A DNA stretch of 35,429 bases from a virus (IMGVR_UViG_3300037467_001510:1-35429); one strand, 5' to 3'; positions 26,284 to 35,409 are shown, counted from the first letter of the stretch. The notes: generated by a model from the sequence alone, not told the origin. Made by a program: numbers and translations.

Positions 26284-26592
26284 TCACCCGTTACGGCGGT
26301 GACCCGAAACTCCCGCATTGCCCCGGAGACAGGCTTCTTGCTCCCGATTGGCCCCGGAGACGGGCATTGAGCGCCGAGGCGCTGAATTTCGTTGAGTGAC
26401 TTTCGCGCGCAGCTTGGCGAGGGCTGCCGGCAGATCGTCTGCCGACCGGACCCACTCGCCAGCGCACCATCCGGCGAACCGGACGCCAATCCCTATTCGC
26501 GTGCCGCCGTCGAAAACGGCAGCGTCCGCGCTAATTGCGTCAGGGAAGGCGGCGCGCAGTTCGCGCCGCACTTCCGCTAAGTGATCCTTCAA
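26284..26592 (-). CDS. Hypothetical protein (102 aa)
   Basis: TTGA overlap with the portal stop; GGAGG SD. Confidence 0.5.
   Translation of the reverse strand: MKDHLAEVRRELRAAFPDAISADAAVFDGGTRIGIGVRFAGWCAGEWVRSADDLPAALAKLRAKVTQRNSAPRRSMPVSGANREQEACLRGNAGVSGHRRNG
26310..26365 (-). repeat. Two 25-nt imperfect direct repeats upstream of the scaffold gene
   Basis: GCCCGTCTCCGGGGCCAATCGGGAG and GCCTGTCTCCGGGGCAATGCGGGAG on the minus strand. Confidence 0.75.
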
Positions 26593-28457
26593 CCTCCGAA
26601 GGCCGGATGGATGGGCGGTGGACCGCCAATGCTCATCCCAATCTGCATCGCGCGCGCCGTGGCGAGCCGAGCGTCGGCCTGATCCTTGATCGCCCCCGCC
26701 TGCTTGGCGGTGACACCGGCCTGCTTCTCCCGCATCGCTATTTCGTTCGCAGGGTTGGGCTGCTGCGCCTGCTTCTCCATCTGATCAACGATGTCGAGCA
26801 GCTTGTCCTTGTTGCGGAGGGTCGAGGCCTGAATCACCAGCCGGATCATCGGCGGCGTCATCGGCAGAACCGAGCTGCTGAGTAGCTGCATAAGGTCGTT
26901 GTATTGCTCCAGCTGGAGCGTCGGCGTGTCCTGAACCTCATCAATATCAACATCCACATCCAGCTCGGCCAGATGGTTGCCGACCGACGCCATGGACTGA
27001 ATCTGCTGGAGGTATTGCTGCGCCGTCGCCTGGTCGATTATGCCCTGAGCGACCGCCGCCTGAACCTTCATCGCGCCAATCTGAGCCTGCTGCGGCGAAA
27101 GTTCGGGCGGTGTATTCAGCCCGACAAAGCGGACATTCTTTTCGTCGTCAGTGACCCTGATCCACCGCTCGGCGGTCCAGAACTGGCGAATGCGGTTCCA
27201 AATCTGCCGGTAGAGCCGCAGCGTCAGGTGGCGCAATCCGTCGAGCATCGGGGTTAGCTCAGTCATCCCCGCCTGCTGCTGCGCGAGAATGGCCTTGCCC
27301 GACTGATCGCCGCCCTGTTTGCCGGAGAGGTAGGCGTTCGGGCCAATGTTGCCCTTCAGCTGCGCCTGTAGCTCCTGAAGGAGCGCAAGCTGGCCGGAAA
27401 ACTCTGCCCCGTTACCAAGCTCCTGAATTTCTCCGTTTTCCGCGAAGATGACGCCATCAGCGCGGGCCATTTCCTCGCGGATTACATTCTTGTCCGTCCC
27501 GACCGTGCGCGAGGCCCGGACCCGCGTATTGCTCAACGCGTGGAGCGCCTTTGAATGGCGCTTGTTAATCCCATCCTGAATCGGGATCATGTCGCGCATG
27601 ATCCCGTAGCGGTCGTTGTCCCGATCGACATAGGCCGACTGCATAATCAGCGGGCACTCTGGATTGCCCTCTTCATCCAGAAACATCGAGGGCGCGGACG
27701 GCTCCAGCTCGCCAGCGAGCGTGAAAACGCAGCGGTGCCACACCCCCTCAACAAGGTGGTAATGGGTGTTGATCCGAACGCGGTTGCGCTTCGAGTCCGA
27801 CCAATAGGACCACTTCGGCTTGTCGTCGTAATTGTCCCATGTGCCGGAGGTGCATTTCGACATTGTGCTGTCGATAATCGCCGCCGCTTCGGGCCAGCGC
27901 AGCTTCGCCTGATCGGCGTCCATCCAGGTGACGTAGCCTTTATAGGCAGCGTCCGAAAAATCGAGGCGCGCGGAGTGCGGATCGTAGTAGAGGCGCTCCC
28001 ACTCGATCTGGACAACATACGGATCCACAACGCCATTGCGGAGCTGCTTTACGGTGCACTCAATCCCGCCGAACCCTTCAACCAGCATGTTCTGGAAAAC
28101 GGCGGACTTCTTGATGTCGATGTCCTGATCATCGCTGACATAGCGCAGCGCGTCGGTGACGGCGTTGGCGTCATCCTCTTTCGACGGGACGCGCGAATAG
28201 GCTTTCGGATCGGTGCGCGTCTGCCGCTCCAGCCCGCAGCACGCTTCAATCTTGGAGCGCACAAGGTTGATCGGCGTGATGGGCTGCTTGCGGCGGCGGA
28301 GCCGCTTTTCCTCGGCGGCGGTGAATTGCCGCCCATCGAAATAATCGCGGGCCTTCTCGGATTCGCGGCGGCCCGTAAGCCCCGCTTGTTCGGCCTCCTC
28401 GAATTGGCGAACATAAAGAGCGTGTTGGTCCTGTGGAGAGGCGTTGTCGTCAGCCAA
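26589..28457 (-). CDS. Portal protein (P22-like)
   Basis: DYFDGRQF..E, YGIMRDMIP.QD.INKR.SK, QSGKAILAQQQAG, RQFWTAERWIRVTD; follows TerL. Confidence 0.9.
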   Translation of the reverse strand: MADDNASPQDQHALYVRQFEEAEQAGLTGRRESEKARDYFDGRQFTAAEEKRLRRRKQPITPINLVRSKIEACCGLERQTRTDPKAYSRVPSKEDDANAVTDALRYVSDDQDIDIKKSAVFQNMLVEGFGGIECTVKQLRNGVVDPYVVQIEWERLYYDPHSARLDFSDAAYKGYVTWMDADQAKLRWPEAAAIIDSTMSKCTSGTWDNYDDKPKWSYWSDSKRNRVRINTHYHLVEGVWHRCVFTLAGELEPSAPSMFLDEEGNPECPLIMQSAYVDRDNDRYGIMRDMIPIQDGINKRHSKALHALSNTRVRASRTVGTDKNVIREEMARADGVIFAENGEIQELGNGAEFSGQLALLQELQAQLKGNIGPNAYLSGKQGGDQSGKAILAQQQAGMTELTPMLDGLRHLTLRLYRQIWNRIRQFWTAERWIRVTDDEKNVRFVGLNTPPELSPQQAQIGAMKVQAAVAQGIIDQATAQQYLQQIQSMASVGNHLAELDVDVDIDEVQDTPTLQLEQYNDLMQLLSSSVLPMTPPMIRLVIQASTLRNKDKLLDIVDQMEKQAQQPNPANEIAMREKQAGVTAKQAGAIKDQADARLATARAMQIGMSIGGPPPIHPAFGG

Positions 28458-28469
28458 TCAACCCTCCCC

Positions 28470-28637
28470 TTACCATTTGATTGAGTCGCGGTCGTTCGCC
28501 GGAATGGTCGCGCTGCCGAAGCTCGGGAATCGCGCCCGCATCAGCTGCGATGCCAAACCGCGCGTTTCAAAACCGGGGCGCTTGTCCCAGGAGCCGACCG
28601 CCGCGAAGCAGTCGCTGATCGGCTTCCACCAGATCAT
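28470..28637 (-). CDS. Possible small protein (55 aa, MIWWKPISDCF...)
   Basis: Open frame filling the TerL-portal gap; no recognisable motif. Confidence 0.3.
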   Translation of the reverse strand: MIWWKPISDCFAAVGSWDKRPGFETRGLASQLMRARFPSFGSATIPANDRDSIKW

Positions 28638-28651
28638 CGGAACCCCCGCGA

Positions 28652-30199
28652 TCAGATAGTTTTCCAGTCGTCCTCGTCCGGCTCAACGAGTCCGTAATCG
28701 TCATCGTCAGCCTTGCGCTTGCCTGCGGGGACGATTGCCGGGTGCGCCTGATCCAGCGCCCGACCAATCAACGACGCGGTGTCCACATCGTCGTCATTCT
28801 TACCGGCGGGGAACGCCATGAACTCCGCCAGATCGGCGTCAGGCTCGAAAAAGACCTTCCCCATCGCCGCGCGGGCTTGAAAGCCCCGCGCCCGCGATGC
28901 TTTGTCCGCGATGCTCGGGAGCCATTCGAGGCGACAATAGATCGAGCGTTCAGTCATCCGCTTGCGAAGGGCAGGCTCAATCGCCTTCTGGATGACACCG
29001 GACTCGCCAAACCAAGCCAGCGGCTTGTGCAGCTGAATCAGGTCCAGCTTGCGGTCAATCCACTGATCGGAGGCCGTCTGTCCGCGCCAGCCGTCTAACC
29101 GGTAAAGGTTGTCGTCGGCATCGACTCCCCACACGCGATGGACGGTGTAATCGCCCTTGCCTTCCGAGACTGCGTAATCGCTGGTCCCGTAGATGCGGAG
29201 ATGCTTCGGCCTCTCAGCCCAAGAGGGGAGCCATGCCTTCTGAAAGAATGTGCCGTCCTCTGGCGAGGGCTTTTGCTGGTAGAGGCTGGTCCATGCGCGG
29301 TGGTCGCGCTGGAACGGACGCCAGTGATCCATCGGATCGCCGGTTTTGCCTCCGAACCATTCCGGCCAGAGGCTTTCCCCAATCTCGCGGCCTAGCGGAT
29401 CGTCGTCCCGGTCGCACAGCGCGGGAAGGCAGATAACAAACCAACACCGCCCGTCGCGCCCGTCCATCCAGCCGGATTCGCCGTCCCACTTTTCGGGAAG
29501 AATGCGGCCCGCTGGATCATCTTCGTGCCAGCGGGTGAGAATCATAATCTGCGGAGCGCCCGGAATAAGGCGCGAGCAAAAATCGTCCTGATAGGCGTCC
29601 CAAGTCTTATTGCGGATCGTTTGGCTTTCCGCCGCCTCGCGTCCGCGAATGGGATCGTCCAGAATGCCGAGCGCTGCGCGGTTGCCGGTGAGACCCGACA
29701 GCAAGCCGCCCGACATATACTCGGAACCGTTCGTCAGGCTCCATTCGTCGGCGGCCTTGTGATCGGCCGTCAGCGAAATGCCACCCATCAGGTTCTGGAA
29801 CGACGGCGACTTAATCAGCTGGCGAGCACGGCGGCCCTGTTTCTGTGCAATGTCGCTCGCGTAGCTCGCCAGGATTACATGGCGGCGCTTCCGCTTCGCC
29901 ATAAACCACGGCACGAAAACAACATCAACGTAAGTGGACTTTGCCGAACCCGGAGGCATCAGCACCATAAGGTTGTCAAGCGCCCCCGCCTCGACTTCCT
30001 GAAGCTTCTGGCACAGCAGCGCATGATGCGCCGCCAACCCGGCATCCAGCCGACGAACAGGAAACGGATCGTCCTCGCCTAAATCTTCATCATCGGGCGG
30101 CAGGGTCGGAATATCGACCATGCACGCGAAACGGGGAAAGCTGCGCCTCGCCAGCTCGCAGCGCGCGGCCTCGACGACCGCAGCGTCAACTGCGGTCAA
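28652..30199 (-). CDS. terL: Terminase large subunit
   Basis: MPPGSAKST Walker A, ILDDP Walker B, TRWHEDD, LYQQ.P, and nuclease acidic motifs SDYA and DDDVD. Confidence 0.95.
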   Translation of the reverse strand: MTAVDAAVVEAARCELARRSFPRFACMVDIPTLPPDDEDLGEDDPFPVRRLDAGLAAHHALLCQKLQEVEAGALDNLMVLMPPGSAKSTYVDVVFVPWFMAKRKRRHVILASYASDIAQKQGRRARQLIKSPSFQNLMGGISLTADHKAADEWSLTNGSEYMSGGLLSGLTGNRAALGILDDPIRGREAAESQTIRNKTWDAYQDDFCSRLIPGAPQIMILTRWHEDDPAGRILPEKWDGESGWMDGRDGRCWFVICLPALCDRDDDPLGREIGESLWPEWFGGKTGDPMDHWRPFQRDHRAWTSLYQQKPSPEDGTFFQKAWLPSWAERPKHLRIYGTSDYAVSEGKGDYTVHRVWGVDADDNLYRLDGWRGQTASDQWIDRKLDLIQLHKPLAWFGESGVIQKAIEPALRKRMTERSIYCRLEWLPSIADKASRARGFQARAAMGKVFFEPDADLAEFMAFPAGKNDDDVDTASLIGRALDQAHPAIVPAGKRKADDDDYGLVEPDEDDWKTI

Positions 30200-30687
30200 T
30201 GCCGCACCATCTCCTGATCGTCTTCACCGTCCCTGAGGCGGATCGTGGCGAGCACCGCCAGCTGATCCTCAGTAAGGTAGGACACATCCGGCAACTTGGC
30301 CGGCGGGTTAAGCGGCTCGCCATTCGGGCCGGTCAGCTCGCTCCGCGTCGATTCGCGCCAGTGCTTCGGGAACCGCGCAGCCATGGAGCGGAGATAAAGA
30401 TGCGCCTGAAACTCGCGATTGGTGAGATTGGCGGGGATCTTCTCTTCCCAGAACGCCTGAGCGTGGACTTCCCACAGCTCCATCGCTTCCCTGAACTCGG
30501 GATGCTGCTTCGGCCAGTTTACCAGAACGCTGTTGTAGGAAACGCCAAGCTCCGCAGCCATTTGAGCGATTGACTTGCCTTCCTTGCCCCATGCGATGAC
30601 CTGCTCGCAGTATTCGGGCCGGTATTTCGTCGGCTGTCCGCGCCCGCGCTTTTCGCCTTCCGGCTCGGCTTTCGCTTTGCGTGGCAT
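30196..30687 (-). CDS. terS: Terminase small subunit
   Basis: GQPTKYRPEYCEQVIAWGKEGKS HTH, WPKQHPEF, ELTGPNGEP; ATGA-coupled to TerL. Confidence 0.85.
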   Translation of the reverse strand: MPRKAKAEPEGEKRGRGQPTKYRPEYCEQVIAWGKEGKSIAQMAAELGVSYNSVLVNWPKQHPEFREAMELWEVHAQAFWEEKIPANLTNREFQAHLYLRSMAARFPKHWRESTRSELTGPNGEPLNPPAKLPDVSYLTEDQLAVLATIRLRDGEDDQEMVRH

Positions 30688-30797
30688 AAGGGGCGCTCCT
30701 GGAATTATCCCGCCCGTTGCGACCGCGAAGAGGCGCTACGCTTTTGGATGCTCGCCTTGCTAGGTGAACGAGCGGGTGCGGGCCGAGGCCCGAAACT

Positions 30798-30825
30798 AAA
30801 AAAAGGCGCGACGGGCCGGGTCGCG
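30798..30825 (-). terminator. Intrinsic terminator in the late leader
   Basis: CGCGAC-N7-GTCGCG-CC-TTTTTTT. Confidence 0.65.
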
Positions 30826-30999
30826 GAAGGGCGTGGCCAATGGCATAACCACGGCCTCAGTCACCGGCAGCCCAATGTCCGCCCAACCAAACCGGACAGG
30901 CTTGCGGGGAGCGATCTTCCGAACCGCCGCGCCAAGGTTGTGCCAACTGCGACGATCAGCGGCACATCCAGCCGCCCGTTCCTACACGCGGCCAGATAC

Positions 31000-31026
31000 A
31001 GAAAAGGCCGCCCATACGGACGGCCT
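31000..31026 (-). terminator. Promoter-proximal intrinsic terminator
   Basis: AGGCCGTCC-GTAT-GGGCGGCCT followed by TTTCT. Confidence 0.65.
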
Positions 31027-31051
31027 GAACGCAAATATCCAATCTTGCCAA

Positions 31052-31080
31052 AGACTATCATACCGCCGCCGAAAAGTCAA
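31052..31080 (-). promoter_or_regulatory. Candidate late sigma70 promoter
   Basis: TTGACT-17 nt-TAGTCT with TG extension, pointing to terS. Confidence 0.65.
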
Positions 31081-31104
31081 CCCTCAGGGCTAACTTTATT
31101 TGGG

Positions 31105-31352
31105 CCGCCGTGTGCCATTCATGTGCCACGGACAAAGAGGCGACATTCACGAAAGGCCGGAAAACTGCGAAAATAAACGCGAACAAACGAGAACTGCATT
31201 GTTCCGCACCTTGCGGGACAAAACGGCGGTTTTCCAACATTTTCGCTTGGTAGCGGAGGAGGGACTTGAACCCCCGACACGCGGATTATGATTCCGCTGT
31301 CACCCCGCAGGAAACCGCGATTTTCGCACCGCCGTGTGCCATTCGTGTGGCA
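31105..31352. repeat. Integrase arm-type direct repeats flanking the attP core
   Basis: CCGCCGTGTGCCATTCATGTGCCA (31105-31128) and CCGCCGTGTGCCATTCGTGTGGCA (31329-31352), 22/24 identical. Confidence 0.75.
31248..31299 (-). mobile_element. attP core: 3' portion of tRNA-Met(CAT)
   Basis: Minus strand reads CAGCGGAATCATAATCCGCGTGTCGGGGGTTCAAGTCCCTCCTCCGCTACCA (anticodon arm, T-arm, CCA), with no D-arm or 5' acceptor strand; adjacent to the integrase. Confidence 0.9.
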
Positions 31353-31380
31353 GCGAACACATTATTCCCGTTTGGAATGT

Positions 31381-32553
31381 TTAAGCCAGCAGCTCCGCTT
31401 GCGCTGCGGCGACGAGCGCCGCATCGCCAAGCTCGTCGCGGATCAGGTGCCCGTAAATGTCGAGCGTCGTCTGAACGCTCGCATGGCCGAGCCAGGTTGT
31501 CAGCCGTTTCAGATCGACCTTCTGCTTGATCCACGCCGAGGCGGCAAAGTGCCGCAGCGAGTGGAAGTCATACTTGGCGCGGAGGATCGGGCGTCCGTCC
31601 CCGTCGCGCCTGCCGCTGTCGGCGGTCAGGCCCGCCGCAAGCTGGAGCGGCCAGTATTCCCGATTGAGCATGTTCGAGTGCAGCAGCACCCCGCCCTCGC
31701 TATTCGGGAACAGCAGCCCAAGAGGAGAATGCGGCGCGCGAAGCATCCACGCGCGAAGGACCGACACCAGCAGCGGCGGGATCGGGATCGTGCGCTGCCC
31801 CGCTTGCGACTTCGGAGCGCCAATCACGCCCCACTGATCGGCGCGCTGACAGACCGTTATCTCGCCCGCCTTCAGGTCCGCATCGCAGCGTCGAAGGCCC
31901 CGCAACTCGGACGACCGCAGCCCGGTGAACGCCACGGTGAGCAGCCTCGGATAAAAGTCGGGGAATGCCGCCTCCGCCGTGTCGAGCATGGCTCGCACAT
32001 CGGCCTTTGAAGGAACAACGATCTTCTTCTTGTCCCGCTTCGCGCGAACGACCTTGACGCCCTTGGCGACATTCTGCGCCACGAGGCCGCGCCGCTGCGC
32101 TTCCGTCAGGATCGAGCTGAGAGCGCGGACAGCCTTGCCGGCCATTGCCTGTGACCGCGTTGCGAGCAGCGCGTCAACATAAGCCTCGACGGCGGGCAGC
32201 GTCAGCTTCGAGAGCTTTTCGGGGCCGAGCAGCGGCTTGATATGGAGCCGGGATATTTCCTCGTAGGATTTGATCGTGGAGCGCTCGGCGGGGCTGGAGC
32301 GGCGGCGGCTTGGCCTGCGCGCAGCGTCCAGCCAGAGGTCGGCCGCCTCGGCTACGGTGATGCTCGCAGAGTCCGGCGTGTGAACGCCCTGGGCGATCTC
32401 CCACCCGGACTTGATGCGATACGCCTCCGCATCGCCCTTCTTGGGGAATTGCTTCGCGCGGCGCCTTCCGCTGGCGTCCGTATAGCGCAGCAGCCACGCC
32501 TCGCGGCGTTCGCCTTTGCTGGTGATCCAGCTACGCTTCTTGATCGTTGCCAT
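31381..32553 (-). CDS. int: Tyrosine integrase
   Basis: TGLRSSEL (R), PKS, FHSLRH (H-x-x-R), LGHAS...TLDIYGH (H, Y); N-terminal arm-binding region. Confidence 0.95.
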   Translation of the reverse strand: MATIKKRSWITSKGERREAWLLRYTDASGRRRAKQFPKKGDAEAYRIKSGWEIAQGVHTPDSASITVAEAADLWLDAARRPSRRRSSPAERSTIKSYEEISRLHIKPLLGPEKLSKLTLPAVEAYVDALLATRSQAMAGKAVRALSSILTEAQRRGLVAQNVAKGVKVVRAKRDKKKIVVPSKADVRAMLDTAEAAFPDFYPRLLTVAFTGLRSSELRGLRRCDADLKAGEITVCQRADQWGVIGAPKSQAGQRTIPIPPLLVSVLRAWMLRAPHSPLGLLFPNSEGGVLLHSNMLNREYWPLQLAAGLTADSGRRDGDGRPILRAKYDFHSLRHFAASAWIKQKVDLKRLTTWLGHASVQTTLDIYGHLIRDELGDAALVAAAQAELLA

Positions 32554-33859
32554 TTTCTCGAGCCTCGGCGCGCTTCAATATTTCCACGAACTCATCCCAC
32601 ATTTCGGGATCGTCTTTTGTCGCTTCGCGCATCCCTTGAATGAACTTCCGCGCAGTCTCCTTGGACTTCTTGGTCCTGACCGGGAATTTGCCGCCGTGTC
32701 GCGCCCATCGCTGCAGGGCTTCGTCATCCTCGGGATAATCGGGATCGCTCAGGATCAGCGCGTCAATCTTCCGCTGCACTTGCTCGCTGATCTTGGCGGC
32801 GCACTCCGCGCGCCAATCTTCGATCGCGCTAGGCGCGATCTGGATTTTATAGACATTCTCGGCAATGCGTTTGACGGCGCGACCGAGCGGCGAGAGCTTC
32901 AGCTCCAGCTTGTCAGACTCCATGTCAGGCACAACCAGCCCGTGCAACATCGCGCTGTTCATCGCCTTCAGGTCGGCGGTATCCTGGCCATTCAGTTCCT
33001 CATGGCAAATGTAGGCCAGAACATGAGGCTCAGAGCGCTGTAGTCTTTCGATTTTCTTCCTCGCCTGCCGCGCCTCGGCGGATGGCGTCGGGTGAAAGCG
33101 CGCTCGCCGCGCCGTGCTCGCCATGGCCTCGATTGTTTGGGTTTTGATGTTCTCGAACCTGTTGCGGATAGATTCCTCGACGCCGCCAATCGGCTGCTCT
33201 TCTAGGATTTGATCCAGCTCGCGCACCCGCTCCATCAGATCCTCGCGCATCTGTTCGCGGGTCGCATACTGAAACTCGTCCTCGACGATGCTGACAACCG
33301 CCTGGGTGATCATCGTCCCATGCAGCGCAATTGTCCTCCAGCTCTCGCCGAACACACCGATCTCTCGGTCCGCACGAAGGCGCTCCGCCACTTCCTCGAA
33401 GGGCACCGCCAAGATCGCTTCCATGTGATCGTATTTGCCAAGCCCGTCCTGTGACATTTCCCGCAGCGCCTCGGGCGTGAGCATCCAGAACCAATCGCTC
33501 GTCTCGGGGCCGTGCGGCATCTCCATCCACTCTTCCAGCTCTTCACGAGTGTGGGTCGCGGAATAGACGCTGTATCGCAGCAGGCTCCAGCTGCCGGTCA
33601 CCAAGTCGGCCGCCATTTTCGGCATCAGCCCGCACTGCATCAGCTCAACTGCGACAACGAACCGCATGAGGTCCGAGAACGAGTAGGTTCCCGGCTTGCC
33701 CTTACCGGGTCGCCGGTCGCGCTCGATGATGTCGTGCTTCTGCAGCTGCTTCAGCCGCCCCATGAAGGCCACGCGCTTGTCGGACGCAATCCGACTGAGA
33801 CGCGCGCAGACGGCTTCGATCTGGCCGAACGAAAATTCAATTGTGGACAAGCTTGCCAC
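32531..33859 (-). CDS. Large protein with N-terminal MerR-like HTH, candidate repressor (442 aa)
   Basis: RPGKGKPGTYSFSDLMRF..AVELMQCGLMPK.AA pattern; GTG start after AAGGGG; divergent from xis and overlaps int. Confidence 0.55.
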   Translation of the reverse strand: MASLSTIEFSFGQIEAVCARLSRIASDKRVAFMGRLKQLQKHDIIERDRRPGKGKPGTYSFSDLMRFVVAVELMQCGLMPKMAADLVTGSWSLLRYSVYSATHTREELEEWMEMPHGPETSDWFWMLTPEALREMSQDGLGKYDHMEAILAVPFEEVAERLRADREIGVFGESWRTIALHGTMITQAVVSIVEDEFQYATREQMREDLMERVRELDQILEEQPIGGVEESIRNRFENIKTQTIEAMASTARRARFHPTPSAEARQARKKIERLQRSEPHVLAYICHEELNGQDTADLKAMNSAMLHGLVVPDMESDKLELKLSPLGRAVKRIAENVYKIQIAPSAIEDWRAECAAKISEQVQRKIDALILSDPDYPEDDEALQRWARHGGKFPVRTKKSKETARKFIQGMREATKDDPEMWDEFVEILKRAEARENGNDQEA

Positions 33860-33955
33860 CAGCCCCTTGCGAGCGCGGCGCGAATTGACTAGAACACATC
33901 CATTCAAGGCGCACCGCTTACATTCGCCGCTAAGGATAGGGAAAGAACGCGAACC

Positions 33956-34198
33956 GTGCAAGCACCAACTGAAAACGGCCTCTACCGAGGAGCGCAGGCA
34001 ATCGCGGATTATCTCAACAGCCACCTCAACGGCGGCAAGCCGCTGACCCGCGCCGCCGTTTACCGGATGGTGGAGGACGACAAGATTCCCGTGATCCGCC
34101 TCGGCCAGAAGCGATCCGAGATTTGGGCGCGGAAGTCGGACCTCGACCGACTCCTCCGCCTTCAGCCGGAGCCGCTAGACCAAGCGGAAGCCGCTTGA
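33956..34198 (+). CDS. Excisionase/AlpA-like HTH protein
   Basis: LYRGAQAIADYL...VYRMVEDDKIPVIRLG...IWARKSDL. Confidence 0.75.
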   Translation: MQAPTENGLYRGAQAIADYLNSHLNGGKPLTRAAVYRMVEDDKIPVIRLGQKRSEIWARKSDLDRLLRLQPEPLDQAEAA

Positions 34199-34402
34199 GT
34201 GGCCGTCGCTGATCGCCTCGCGGTCACCGAAGCCACGGTCGCGTCCCTTTGGGATCGCCACCGTAAACTGACACTCGCAGCCGTCACCAATCCGCTGCTG
34301 CTCGCTGACCGTTGCCATGTAGAAGCAATGGCCCGAGCTGAACGCGCCTTCCGTGCGGCCTACGACCGACTCCAGCCCACGGAGGTTCTACCGACGAAAT
34401 GA
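34199..34402 (+). CDS. Hypothetical protein (67 aa)
   Basis: Abuts xis and is ATGA-coupled to the primase. Confidence 0.6.
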   Translation: MAVADRLAVTEATVASLWDRHRKLTLAAVTNPLLLADRCHVEAMARAERAFRAAYDRLQPTEVLPTK

Positions 34403-35409
34403 ACAATAATGGGGGGGTGGCTTGCGCCGACCGCCGGACGACGAGGCATGAGCGGGATGCCGAGTTTCAGCGGTTGGTCGAGGAAACCCGTGCGCGACAC
34501 AACATCAGCGACCTGATAGGGCGCTACACCGATCTAAAGCGGGCCGGACCAAGGGAATTGGTCGGCCTTTGTCCGTTCCACAAAGAGCGAACACCTTCCT
34601 TCCGGGTCAACGACAGCAAGGGCACCTACTACTGCTTCGGCTGCGGCCGGAGCGGCGACCACATCCGCTTTATCATGGAGCGCGAGAATGTCGGCTTCTT
34701 GGCCGCGCTGCGCTACCTTGGCGCGTCCGACCTGCCGACCGTGAGCGCCGAGGAGCGGACACGCAGGATCGAGGCGCAATCCGCCGAGGACGACGCGAAC
34801 CGCAAGGCGGCGATTGCCTTCTTTGCCGAGGCCGGACAGATCGAGGGAACGCAGGGCGAAGCCTATCTTCGCGCGCGTGGCATAACTGCCATGCCGCGCT
34901 TCGCCGGGACCGTGCGTTTCGCAATGGCCCCATCATGGCGGAACACCGACACCGGGGAATGGGGACGCAAGCGCCCTGCCCTGGTTTGCGTGTGTCAGGA
35001 CACGGGCGGCAACCTGACCGGAATCCAGCGCATCTTCGTTGATGGGGAGCGACCAGACAAGGCGGCGGTGAAACTGACCCTTGGACGCATCAGAGGGTCC
35101 GCTTTGCGGCTCGACAAGCCGCAAGCCGAGGTAATCGTGACCGAAGGGCCGGAGGATGGGTTGAGCATCCGGCAGATGCACCCGGAAACGCCAGTGTTCG
35201 TTTCGTGCGGCACCGGGCTGTTACCCTTCATCGGCTTTCCGCCCGAGGTCCACAGCATCATCATCGCCGGACAGAACGACGATCCGGGACGCGCGGCTGC
35301 CGACGCAGCCGCTACCGCTTACATCGAGCGCGGGCTTGAGGTCCGCTGCATCTTCCCCTCGCCAGAGTATCGCGATTGGAATGACGAGCTGCGGAGGCGC
35401 GCTGCATGA
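34399..35409 (+). CDS. DNA primase (CHC2 zinc finger plus Toprim)
   Basis: CPFH.ERTPSF...YYCFGCG; EAYLRARGI; VTEGPEDGLS; IIAGQND..G; DWND. Confidence 0.9.
   Translation: MNNNGGVACADRRTTRHERDAEFQRLVEETRARHNISDLIGRYTDLKRAGPRELVGLCPFHKERTPSFRVNDSKGTYYCFGCGRSGDHIRFIMERENVGFLAALRYLGASDLPTVSAEERTRRIEAQSAEDDANRKAAIAFFAEAGQIEGTQGEAYLRARGITAMPRFAGTVRFAMAPSWRNTDTGEWGRKRPALVCVCQDTGGNLTGIQRIFVDGERPDKAAVKLTLGRIRGSALRLDKPQAEVIVTEGPEDGLSIRQMHPETPVFVSCGTGLLPFIGFPPEVHSIIIAGQNDDPGRAAADAAATAYIERGLEVRCIFPSPEYRDWNDELRRRAA

Noticed and set aside
31248-31299. Functional tRNA-Met gene
   Set aside because: The 5' acceptor strand and D-arm are missing; it is the att core.
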